The position numbers were made by a program, and so were the translations under genes. A stretch of DNA of 27,897 bases. Origin: Pseudomonadota bacterium (GTDB taxonomy: Bacteria > Pseudomonadota > Alphaproteobacteria > Paracaedibacterales > CAIOTO01). The stretch is taken from positions 62,001 through 89,897 of the forward strand of contig JAZKDQ010000018.1 in the NCBI GenBank assembly GCA_040387495.1, read 5' to 3'. The number at the start of each line of letters is the position of its first letter. Within the stretch, counting starts at the first letter, position 1. Positions 9,200 to 16,486 of the stretch are shown one piece after another. The notes under the pieces were generated by a model. The model searched no databases, was not told the origin of the DNA, and saw only the letters and a program-made list of their open reading frames with translations.

Positions 9200-9272
9200 G
9201 ATGTTGGCAGGTAACCCTGCGCTAACATCAGTTTAGAATTAACGTAGATACTCCGGGGAACCGCAGTATCTA
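9200..9272 (+). other. Two intercistronic stem-loops
   Basis: GATGTTGGCAGG-TAAC-CCTGCGCTAACATC (9200-9229) and TAGATACTCCGG-GGAA-CCGCAGTATCTA (9245-9272); no U-tract. Confidence 0.6.
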
Positions 9273-9302
9273 TTGTTATTTACAACAAAGGAAAGATAAA
9301 AA

Positions 9303-10142
9303 ATGAAAAAATTTTTAAACACAATGTTGGCAACTGCTGCTGTAGTAGCTGCATCAACAACTGCATACGCTGCTACTGGTAAAGTTGCGCAAGGTTTTTA
9401 CCTTGGTGCAAGCGCTGGTGCTGCGAATACAAACGTGAAGTATAATACAGTCTCTGCTGGACCATTTATTCCTGATAGTTTGATTGGAACCACAACTTCA
9501 ACTGCATACCAAAAGGTAACTAATTCAAATGCTGGTAAAATGGCTGGTATATTTGGTCTTTTGGCGGGTTATAACTTTCAATCCGGTTCTTTAGTATTCG
9601 GTGGTGAAATTTATGGTGGCTTTGATTCAACAAAGGTAACAGTTTCTGATGATACAGGGTCAGGCGCTAATCTTACACAATGGAGCACAACTGTTAAGCG
9701 CACAAACTTTATGGGTTTTGCGCCGCGCCTTGGTTTCATGGTTGCACCAAATACATTAATGTACGCACGTTTAGGTGCTGAATTTGGTAAATGGAAAGCA
9801 AGTATTAATCCTAATGCTGCTGGCATGGCGTCACAACTTGCTGCTTATAATGCTGCTGGTGTTGCTGGTCAAGTACTTATTACTCCTGCTGCTCTTGCAA
9901 AATCTCAACAAGTTACAAGTGGATCAAAGGGCGGTATGAGTTTTGCACCTGGTTTGGGTATGGAAGTATATATGGGTAAAGCATTTTTGCGCGCGCAATA
10001 TAGCTACTTATTTGGTCCAACAATTAAGCTTACACAAGATATTACTGGTGTTTCACCTTTGGTGGCAAATGGTACAACAACTACTCATACATTTAAAACA
10101 TCACAACACAAAGTTGAATTGGCTGTTGGTTACAAGTTCTAA
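9303..10142 (+). CDS. Outer-membrane beta-barrel protein, paralog 2
   Basis: Signal peptide; shares GAANTNVKY, GGE.YGGFDS.KVT, VKRTNF.G.APRLGF and YSY.FGP.I..TQDI.G with paralog 1; ends VGYKF. Confidence 0.9.
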   Translation: MKKFLNTMLATAAVVAASTTAYAATGKVAQGFYLGASAGAANTNVKYNTVSAGPFIPDSLIGTTTSTAYQKVTNSNAGKMAGIFGLLAGYNFQSGSLVFGGEIYGGFDSTKVTVSDDTGSGANLTQWSTTVKRTNFMGFAPRLGFMVAPNTLMYARLGAEFGKWKASINPNAAGMASQLAAYNAAGVAGQVLITPAALAKSQQVTSGSKGGMSFAPGLGMEVYMGKAFLRAQYSYLFGPTIKLTQDITGVSPLVANGTTTTHTFKTSQHKVELAVGYKF

Positions 10143-10164
10143 GCTTGTAGTTAATAATCAGATT

Positions 10165-10193
10165 AAAAAGCCGGCCTTTGTGCCGGTTTTTTT
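10165..10193 (+). terminator. Rho-independent terminator of the OMP pair
   Basis: AAAAAGCCGGC-CTTTGT-GCCGGTTTTTTT. Confidence 0.85.
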
Positions 10194-10221
10194 GTGTTTG
10201 TGGTGTGGTTTATGCTGACTA

Positions 10222-10368
10222 AGATTGCCGCGTCGCTCATGCTTCTCGCAATGACGAATCAGGATTTTTGTCATCACGAGGAGGCGAAGCCGACGTGGTG
10301 ATCTTTGTATTAGCAGCGAGATTGCCGCGCATCACTCGCAATGACAAAGAAAAGTGCTCGTGATGACG
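10222..10368. repeat. Cluster of GTCAT-tagged palindromic repeat units: R 10222-10256, L 10269-10304, R 10319-10346, partial 10356-10368
   Basis: AGATTGCCGCG...CTCGCAATGAC and TGTCATCACGAGGAG...GACGTGGTGATCT; same family as the copies at 11257, 12119-12756, 17208, 20919 and 21384. Confidence 0.9.
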
Positions 10369-10392
10369 GCCGGATGGTAGGACCCATAATGA

Positions 10393-11223
10393 TTACTGGT
10401 AAACTAACCCAAACATGCTAAACAGTGCATGCGCTTTAAAATATTTTCCACATGACTGGGTATCCTTAGGATCCCACCTCACCAATGTATATAATGCAAA
10501 TACTGCATACAGAAATGCTGACATGCTGGCCCCGCCTTTGCATAAACACAAAAACATGAATCCTAATCCATAGCAAACACCAACCATTAATTTAGGATGC
10601 TGCTTAAACCTGATCGCGCTTGATTTGATGCCGATTTGTTCATCATCCGTAATGTCTTGAAAGGCATAAATTGTATCATAGGCGATTGTCCAACAAACTC
10701 CGCATGCATATAGGTACCAGACTCCTGCGGTGGGTGCTCCGCTTAGGCAGGCATACCCTACTAGTACACCTGTGTTAAAGGCTAGGCCTAATACGATTTG
10801 AGGGTAATAGGTAATGCGTTTCATAAATGGGTATATAAATAAAAGGACGGCTCCGCATGCTGCATAAAGTCTGGCAATAGGTGGAATCATTAAAAAAACA
10901 ACAAGTGATAATGCTGCAAGGATGCTCGCGCATATTATGGCTTGTTTAAGACTTAAGGTTCCAGCAGCAAGGGGGCGTGTTTTTGTACGCTCTACTTGGC
11001 GATCAAAATCTCTGTCAGCCATGTCGTTAATGATGCAACCAAAGCCACTCAATAGAAATGCTCCGACACTCAATAGACATCCGCACGCTAGGCAGGACGA
11101 AAATGATGCTCCTGCAGTATGATAGCTATGCGCTATTCCCCAAAGGCATGGCCATGCAAGAAGAATGCGGCCAATTGGTTTGTCAAATCGGATGAGTGTA
11201 AGGTATAGTTGGAGATTATGCAT
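10393..11223 (-). CDS. ubiA: 4-hydroxybenzoate polyprenyltransferase
   Basis: RFDKPIG..LL.WPC, NDMADRDFDRQVERTKTRPL, YPFMKRITYYPQ, YDTIYAFQDITDD..IGIKSSA. Confidence 0.96.
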   Translation of the reverse strand: MHNLQLYLTLIRFDKPIGRILLAWPCLWGIAHSYHTAGASFSSCLACGCLLSVGAFLLSGFGCIINDMADRDFDRQVERTKTRPLAAGTLSLKQAIICASILAALSLVVFLMIPPIARLYAACGAVLLFIYPFMKRITYYPQIVLGLAFNTGVLVGYACLSGAPTAGVWYLYACGVCWTIAYDTIYAFQDITDDEQIGIKSSAIRFKQHPKLMVGVCYGLGFMFLCLCKGGASMSAFLYAVFALYTLVRWDPKDTQSCGKYFKAHALFSMFGLVYQ

Positions 11224-11256
11224 GATTGATTCTTTCTGCTGATTTAATAAAAATTA

Positions 11257-11341
11257 CCGTCATCACGAGGAGTCAAAGACGACGTGGTGATCCAGACTGT
11301 TTCTAGATTGCCGCGTCTGCTGCGCAGTCTCGCAATGACGG
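11257..11341. repeat. GTCAT-tagged palindromic repeat doublet (L 11257-11295, R 11303-11341)
   Basis: CCGTCATCACGAGGAGTCAAAGACGACGTGGTGATCCAG, 7-bp spacer, CTAGATTGCCGCGTCTGCTGCGCAGTCTCGCAATGACGG. Confidence 0.9.
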
Positions 11342-11407
11342 GAGGAGTGCGTAATAGCTATTAAGTTGCAATAGAATTTATAAATACTATTATTAGGGAT
11401 TTCTAAC

Positions 11408-12112
11408 ATGACACGACTTTACCTTGATTTCACACCCTCTGACAAGGTGATCGTTTTGCCGGCAGAAGAATCACATTATTTAACACGGGTGCTTCGTTTA
11501 AAAGTAGGCGACATTGTACATGTGTATAATGAACGGGTAGGGGAATGGGAGGTCGTTCTTTCTGAAGTTACAAAGTCATCGTGTGTGCTTGCGCTACAGC
11601 AACAGCTTAGAAAGGCTATTGTTGAGCCAATCACGCGACTTGTGTATGCGCCACTAAAGCATGATGCCATGGCTTTCTTGCTTGAAAAGGCGACTGAACT
11701 TGGCGTGACGCATTTACAGCCTATGGTGACTGATTTCGCTCAAAAGTATGCGGTGCATGCCGATAAAATTGAACGGCAGTTGAAACAAGCATCGCAGCAA
11801 TGTGAGCGGTTATTTGTGCCGGTTTTGTTGCCACCTAAGGCATTTGATATGGTCATTCGTGAATGTGGAGATGGTGCATATATTGCGTTGGAGAGAGCTG
11901 ATGCGTCTAGCCTTGCACATGTGTTAGCTATGAAGGATGTATCTGAACCATGTACATTTATTGTTGGGCCTGAGGGCGGGTTTTCAAGTCGAGAAGTCGA
12001 ATTGATAAAATCGATACCGGGGATTCAAGTAGTATCATTGGGAAGGACTGTTTTGCGCGCAGAGACTGCAGCGATTGTTGGGATGGGTGCTATTTCAATG
12101 TGGCGTGGGTGA
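11408..12112 (+). CDS. rsmE: 16S rRNA m3U1498 methyltransferase
   Basis: HYLTRVLRL, EKATELGV, ASQQCER, IVGPEGGFS, SLGRTVLRAETA. Confidence 0.96.
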   Translation: MTRLYLDFTPSDKVIVLPAEESHYLTRVLRLKVGDIVHVYNERVGEWEVVLSEVTKSSCVLALQQQLRKAIVEPITRLVYAPLKHDAMAFLLEKATELGVTHLQPMVTDFAQKYAVHADKIERQLKQASQQCERLFVPVLLPPKAFDMVIRECGDGAYIALERADASSLAHVLAMKDVSEPCTFIVGPEGGFSSREVELIKSIPGIQVVSLGRTVLRAETAAIVGMGAISMWRG

Positions 12113-12118
12113 TGTTTA

Positions 12119-12756
12119 CCGTCATTGTGGTTTGTCGCGGCGAAACCTTAGCGAAGATTAAGTCTTTGAAAGGGCGTGATAATATTGCTGTCTAGTACAA
12201 TAGATCGCCACGTCGTAAACTCCTCGAGATGACAAAAAAAACTTGATTCGTCATTGCGAGCCCTGAAAGGGCGCGGCAATCTTACTCTATTGATTTATGA
12301 TCTCAAATAAATCATCCCAATTAGGATTCATGGATTCAATTAGCTTAATTTTATTCAATCGTGAGCCAGCTTTTACTTGTTTTTCTCTTTTTACAGCATC
12401 TTCAATTGAATCGTGAAATTCACAATAGACTAATTTATTGCAATGGTATTTTGAAGAAAAACCTGACAAAGCCGTTTTATGTTGAGATATGCGTGCGATA
12501 AGATTTGTTGTAATACCTGTATATAGCACACCATCTTTTTTATTCGTAATGATGTATACTGCAGGTTTTTTCATAATAGATGAGGTGTTGTAGATTTAGA
12601 TTGCCACGCCCTCGTTGAGGGCTCGCAATGACGAACTAGAACTTTCCTGCCATCACGAGGAGTTTTTGCGACGTGGTAACTAGGCTAGATATATTGTCAC
12701 GTATCATAGATGCTTCAGTCTTCGCCGAAGTTTTGACTTGATGTAGCTCAATGACA
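12119..12756. mobile_element. Putative mobile or selfish cassette: GIY-YIG gene inside a mirror-symmetric array of six palindromic repeat units
   Basis: Units L* 12119-12187, R 12201-12234, L 12247-12282, then the gene, then R 12598-12635, L 12648-12683, R* 12691-12756; the innermost pair shares 18 identical bp (TTCGTCATTGCGAGCCCT) in inverted orientation. Confidence 0.6.
12287..12574 (-). CDS. Stand-alone GIY-YIG endonuclease (YhbQ/COG2827-like)
   Basis: VYI..N...LYTG.T.NL..R..QH, LVY.E, A..REKQ.K...R..K..LIE..NP.W.DL; the Tyr, Arg, His and Glu catalytic positions are present. Confidence 0.93.
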   Translation of the reverse strand: MKKPAVYIITNKKDGVLYTGITTNLIARISQHKTALSGFSSKYHCNKLVYCEFHDSIEDAVKREKQVKAGSRLNKIKLIESMNPNWDDLFEIINQ

Positions 12757-12778
12757 ACGTGATAAACTACTTAAAATA

Positions 12779-13069
12779 CTACCCAGCAACAACTTGGCGT
12801 GCTGTAATTATTTTCTTTAAACTTTTCAATTCAGAATTTAAACCGACATTTGATGAACGTAATAAAAATGCATCAAGACCACCATGAAATTCAACCGTTT
12901 TAAGGCCGCGTGTTGTCATACGCATACGAACAGAGCGCCCAAGTGATTCACTCATCAAGGAAACCTGTTGCAGGTTTGGCTGATAACGGCGTTTTGTTTT
13001 ATTGTTAGCGTGACTGACGTGGTTGCCTGAAAGGCCTTTTTTGCCAGTAATTGGGCAGAGACGAGACAT
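12779..13069 (-). CDS. rpmB: 50S ribosomal protein L28
   Basis: MSRLCPITGK...GNHVSHANNKTKRR..PNLQ, long alphaproteobacterial form with GGLDAFL. Confidence 0.97.
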   Translation of the reverse strand: MSRLCPITGKKGLSGNHVSHANNKTKRRYQPNLQQVSLMSESLGRSVRMRMTTRGLKTVEFHGGLDAFLLRSSNVGLNSELKSLKKIITARQVVAG

Positions 13070-13101
13070 AAATAAGATTCCCTTATGATTTACTTGAATG
13101 C

Positions 13102-13130
13102 ATTATGGCAGATATTAAAGGTAGGGTCAA
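13102..13130 (-). promoter_or_regulatory. Sigma70 promoter of rpmB
   Basis: Minus strand TTGACC-N17-CATAAT. Confidence 0.65.
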
Positions 13131-13131
13131 T

Positions 13132-13156
13132 AAAAAAGCCCCCGTGAGGGAGCTTT
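13132..13156 (-). terminator. Rho-independent terminator of the 13184-14227 gene
   Basis: AAAAAAGCCCCCGTGAGGGAGCTTT hairpin, T-tract on the minus strand. Confidence 0.7.
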
Positions 13157-13183
13157 AATCATTGTAATGCAATTAAAAGTTAC

Positions 13184-14227
13184 TTAAGCGGTTAAGGTTG
13201 TGATTTCTAATTGTGTAAACTCTGAAGCTAAATCTTGGGGGGATTTTTTATCAATTGCGGTGTGCAATGCAGCAGAGCCACGACCGAACCCTGCTATTCT
13301 CTTTTGCTCTGTTTTAAGAGCAGCGATTTGATCTTCCGTTAAAGTCACATTTGCTCCATCGCTTGTTGTGCATGCGTTAGTCGTAGGTGGTGGTGGTGGT
13401 GTGTCTATGCTTGCTATTTCTGCAGCTGCCTGAGTTACCGCATCAGCAACCGTTGCCTGAATTAAAGTTGTTACTGGCGTATATTTAAGATCTGTGCCAG
13501 CGTGTAAAAGCAATGCTTCGAGAGCGGCAAAAGGTCGGGCAGCGAGTGCAGCATTAAGAGCAGCCGTATGAGCAGTTTTAAGCATATAGTCATTCGCTAA
13601 AGTAGTTGCGTCTGTGTAACCGACTGTTGCATTTAGAACTTCAGCATCACGAGTAGTTTTAAGTACGAAGTCGTTCGCTAAAGTAGTTGCGTCTGTGTAA
13701 CCGACTGTTGCATTTAGAACTTCAGCATCACGAGTAGTTTTAAGTACGAAGTCGTTCGCTAAGTCAGTTGGGCTTACATAGCCTGCAAAGTCAGATTTAG
13801 CTACAAAATTTACTGCTGCATAATCTGTCATGTCTGTTATTGTCTTTGCTAATTGTAATATTATAGTCTTGTAAACATCGTCTACTTCTACTGTCTTAGG
13901 ATCTAATCCTGAGAAGTCTAGAGTTAGTTTCTGGTTATTGTGTAAGTAATCGATTGCCTTATTTACACTTTCTTCGCTTTTATTTTGCGCCGATAAAAAA
14001 CTATTAGCCGCGCCAAGTACACTTGCGTTGTTTACATTTTTTTTAGCAGGATGAGTGGCGTCTGTAAATGCTGGTTGGACAGTTGGAGTTACTTGGAAAA
14101 TAGCTGTAGCTGTGGAAGCCGTTCCGCTTAGGAGAGGGATTGAGCTGGTTAATAGATCTGCTGGATTCATTGCAGATGCTATTGATGTTGTTAGCATTAA
14201 CGCTATTAAAAATTTATTTTTTGTCAT
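13184..14227 (-). CDS. Secreted or surface hypothetical protein with 27-aa tandem repeat and shared C-terminal domain
   Basis: Signal peptide MTKNKFLIALMLTTSIASA, AGGA SD, own terminator, poly-Pro linker before the C-terminal domain. Confidence 0.85.
   Translation of the reverse strand: MTKNKFLIALMLTTSIASAMNPADLLTSSIPLLSGTASTATAIFQVTPTVQPAFTDATHPAKKNVNNASVLGAANSFLSAQNKSEESVNKAIDYLHNNQKLTLDFSGLDPKTVEVDDVYKTIILQLAKTITDMTDYAAVNFVAKSDFAGYVSPTDLANDFVLKTTRDAEVLNATVGYTDATTLANDFVLKTTRDAEVLNATVGYTDATTLANDYMLKTAHTAALNAALAARPFAALEALLLHAGTDLKYTPVTTLIQATVADAVTQAAAEIASIDTPPPPPTTNACTTSDGANVTLTEDQIAALKTEQKRIAGFGRGSAALHTAIDKKSPQDLASEFTQLEITTLTA
13593..13762. repeat. Perfect 81-bp tandem repeat (2 copies + 8 bp), in frame
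   Basis: TTCGCTAA recurs at 13593, 13674 and 13755; encodes LANDFVLKTTRDAEVLNATVGYTDATT twice. Confidence 0.95.
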
Positions 14228-14386
14228 ATTGATTTTTCCTTTTTAATTTTAATAAATATTATCTTTTAACTTATGCGTATCCACTAAGTTTAGCTATATA
14301 GTTAAACTTGCTTGATAGATACCACAAGATAAAACAGTATGCAAGAAATAAATTTTTATATAAAAAAATTAAAGAAGGAAGTTGAA

Positions 14387-14419
14387 TTTAAAAAAGCTCC
14401 TATAAGGAGCTTTTTTAAA
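14387..14419. terminator. Bidirectional rho-independent terminator after the 14446-15855 gene
   Basis: Perfect TTTAAAAAAGCTCCT-ATA-AGGAGCTTTTTTAAA. Confidence 0.9.
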
Positions 14420-14445
14420 GTTTAAGTATTATTTCAGGGATATTT

Positions 14446-15855
14446 TTATTTAGTTAATTTTTTGATCTCATCATCCTTAAAAGTTAAAACAGTATCTTTA
14501 GGGCTTGTAGCATCAATTTCGGTATGCTTTATAGCAGAACCACGGCCGAACCCTACTAGTCTCTTTTGCTCTGTTTTAAGGGTAGTGATTTGCTCATTCG
14601 TAAGTGTTACATTTTTTCCATCTAATGTTCTATAAATTCCACTGCTAGAGCTGCTAGCACCGCTACCACTTGTTATTGGCGTAGTCAGATCATCAAACGC
14701 ATAATCTGAACCATCACTTCTCTTTTTTAGTATTTTTTTCCCGGTTGTTGTGTCTCGGTCATAAACCTCACCTGCCGCATCGGTAATGATTGCATTTCCA
14801 CTGGAATCATATGTTTTCTTTGCTCCATTGCGAAGTGCACTTCCATAAAGTGTACTTCTATCCTTTGCATTGAATACTTTTTCTTCCCCAGACTTTGAAT
14901 TGTACTTAATATCGCCTGCAACACGATCATAATCTAACAGATCAAGGTTGCTACCACTTGCTTTTTTAAACTTACTGTTCTCAAAATCTATGGTTTCTCC
15001 AGTTGGTAAAACCTTTAATTTTTTAACAAAAGTTCCTGTATTGAGATCAAGCGTGTTTCCAGTTTTTTTGAATGTGATGGTTTTTGCACTTGAGTCATAA
15101 TCGAGATCATTTGGACCTGCGCCTATTTTATGTTTTTTGCCATTTGCGCCATTAATAATTTCATTCGCGCTCACGTCTAGAATCCAGCCGCTTTTATAGA
15201 TTTTGATTACTAGATCTCCTGTGCTCGAACGTTGCTCCCAACCACCAGAGCCATCACTTGTGAGTGTTCTAAGCATGTATGCTTTAGATGGATCTGCATC
15301 ATTTACTAAGTCACTAGGGTCAGTGTGCCAACCAGTTGGCCACGTATTAAAAGTGGCCATTTGAGAAGTTGAAGCTTTTAATCCTGCTGCTGGCCAACCG
15401 GCGGCATTAGTTGAATATAATGGTGGTGGTGGTGAAGACACAGTTCCTGGTCCGTGTGATAGGAGTGGCACTCCAAATGTTGCTGCAGATGAAGATCCTG
15501 TTGCAGGTGCAGGTGCCGCTGCTACATGTCCTGTTGCTGCAGATGAAGATGAAGATGAAGATGAAGATGAAGATGAAGGCCCTGTAGCTGGTGTTGTGAA
15601 CCCTGATGGATTTAGTGCTGCTGCTTTTAGAGCTCTTATTTCCCTTTCTAGTGTCTGTAATCTATGTTCAATACGGTCATTAATTGCTTCATCAATGCCT
15701 TCATTTACTTCCTTAGCTGTAGTAAAACCACTGCTTGTTGATGATTTTACATACTGTGTAGGAGTACTACTTGTAGCAGCACTTACTTCTCCAATAAAAT
15801 TTCCACTGCTAATCGCAGTTGCGCACAATAATGACATTAATAATTTGTTTCTCAT
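14446..15855 (-). CDS. Secreted or surface hypothetical protein (coiled coil, poly-Ser linker, beta-rich region, shared C-terminal domain)
   Basis: Signal peptide MRNKLLMSLLCATAISSG, AGGGG SD, heptad stretch IEHRLQTLEREIRALK; last 61 aa homologous to those of 13184-14227. Confidence 0.85.
   Translation of the reverse strand: MRNKLLMSLLCATAISSGNFIGEVSAATSSTPTQYVKSSTSSGFTTAKEVNEGIDEAINDRIEHRLQTLEREIRALKAAALNPSGFTTPATGPSSSSSSSSSSSSAATGHVAAAPAPATGSSSAATFGVPLLSHGPGTVSSPPPPLYSTNAAGWPAAGLKASTSQMATFNTWPTGWHTDPSDLVNDADPSKAYMLRTLTSDGSGGWEQRSSTGDLVIKIYKSGWILDVSANEIINGANGKKHKIGAGPNDLDYDSSAKTITFKKTGNTLDLNTGTFVKKLKVLPTGETIDFENSKFKKASGSNLDLLDYDRVAGDIKYNSKSGEEKVFNAKDRSTLYGSALRNGAKKTYDSSGNAIITDAAGEVYDRDTTTGKKILKKRSDGSDYAFDDLTTPITSGSGASSSSSGIYRTLDGKNVTLTNEQITTLKTEQKRLVGFGRGSAIKHTEIDATSPKDTVLTFKDDEIKKLTK
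15541..15578. repeat. Hexanucleotide SSR (AGATGA)6 encoding poly-Ser
   Basis: Direct reading; in-frame unit of 2 codons. Confidence 0.9.
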
Positions 15856-16075
15856 AAAACTAACCCCTGATAAAAAATGTTTTTTCTATTACAGTTATTA
15901 ATGTAGGGGAAACAGATTAATAATTTATTAAATCGCGAGATTTTTTTGTGGATTTTGTAGGAGGAGATCTTCGTATCGGGCGTGAGGAAAACTAAAAAGG
16001 GGAAGTTCTTTTGTGACATCACATCATAGCGCTTTTCGCGGCGGCTCACACCGTAGTTTCACAAACTAAGATGTA

Positions 16076-16149
16076 TGGAGGCCGGTACCGGAATCGAACC
16101 GATATAGAAGGATTTGCAATCCTTTGCATAACCATTCTGCCAACCGGCC
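16076..16149 (-). tRNA. tRNA-Cys (GCA)
   Basis: Minus strand GGCCGGTTGGCAGAATGGTTATGCAAAGGATTGCAAATCCTTCTATATCGGTTCGATTCCGGTACCGGCCTCCA; U73 discriminator and CCA. Confidence 0.97.
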
Positions 16150-16153
16150 TCAT

Positions 16154-16395
16154 TGTCCGTTGTGTTTTGCACCCTTGCTGCGTTGATCAGCGCACTCTGC
16201 AGTACTCATGTACAAAGTGTACATTTCATGCTTCGATACTTGATCGCCTAGCAATGATCCCAAACCACTTAGGACAGCTCGTTGTGTTTTGCACCCTTGC
16301 TGCGTTGATCAGCGTGTTCTGCATACTCATGTACAAAGTGTACATTCATGCTTCGACACTTGATCGCCTAGCATTGATCCCAAACCACTTTGAGC
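16154..16395. repeat. Two abutting ~120-bp RPE-like palindromic elements (16154-16276, 16277-16395)
   Basis: Near-identical direct repeats with a central TGTACA-AAG-TGTACA palindrome and self-complementary ends. Confidence 0.85.
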
Positions 16396-16433
16396 ATATT
16401 CGATAAATCGCTAGAATTTATCGTACTTTTTCA

Positions 16434-16463
16434 TTTATAGTCGTTCTAAGGGCTTTTGGTCAA
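16434..16463 (-). promoter_or_regulatory. Candidate promoter for tRNA-Cys
   Basis: Minus strand TTGACC-N18-TATAAA, upstream of the tandem repeats. Confidence 0.45.
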
Positions 16464-16486
16464 GCGATTTTACAGAAAGTTGTTTT

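Noticed and set aside
10222..12756. Repeat clusters as a CRISPR array
   Set aside because: Units alternate in orientation, vary in sequence, have irregular spacers and are dispersed; no cas genes
13593..13762. 81-bp repeat as CRISPR or ncRNA
   Set aside because: No spacers; in-frame coding repeat
16009..16065. Hairpin TTTGTGA...TCACAAA downstream of tRNA-Cys as an ncRNA
   Set aside because: Only a short terminal stem; may be a decayed repeat or terminator, with insufficient support
13184..16075. tRNA-Cys-anchored integrative island carrying the two secreted proteins
   Set aside because: No integrase and no duplicated tRNA 3' end (att) seen near rpmB
16071..16406. 111-aa ORF with an internal repeat
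   Set aside because: Antisense to tRNA-Cys and derived from the tandem palindromic elements
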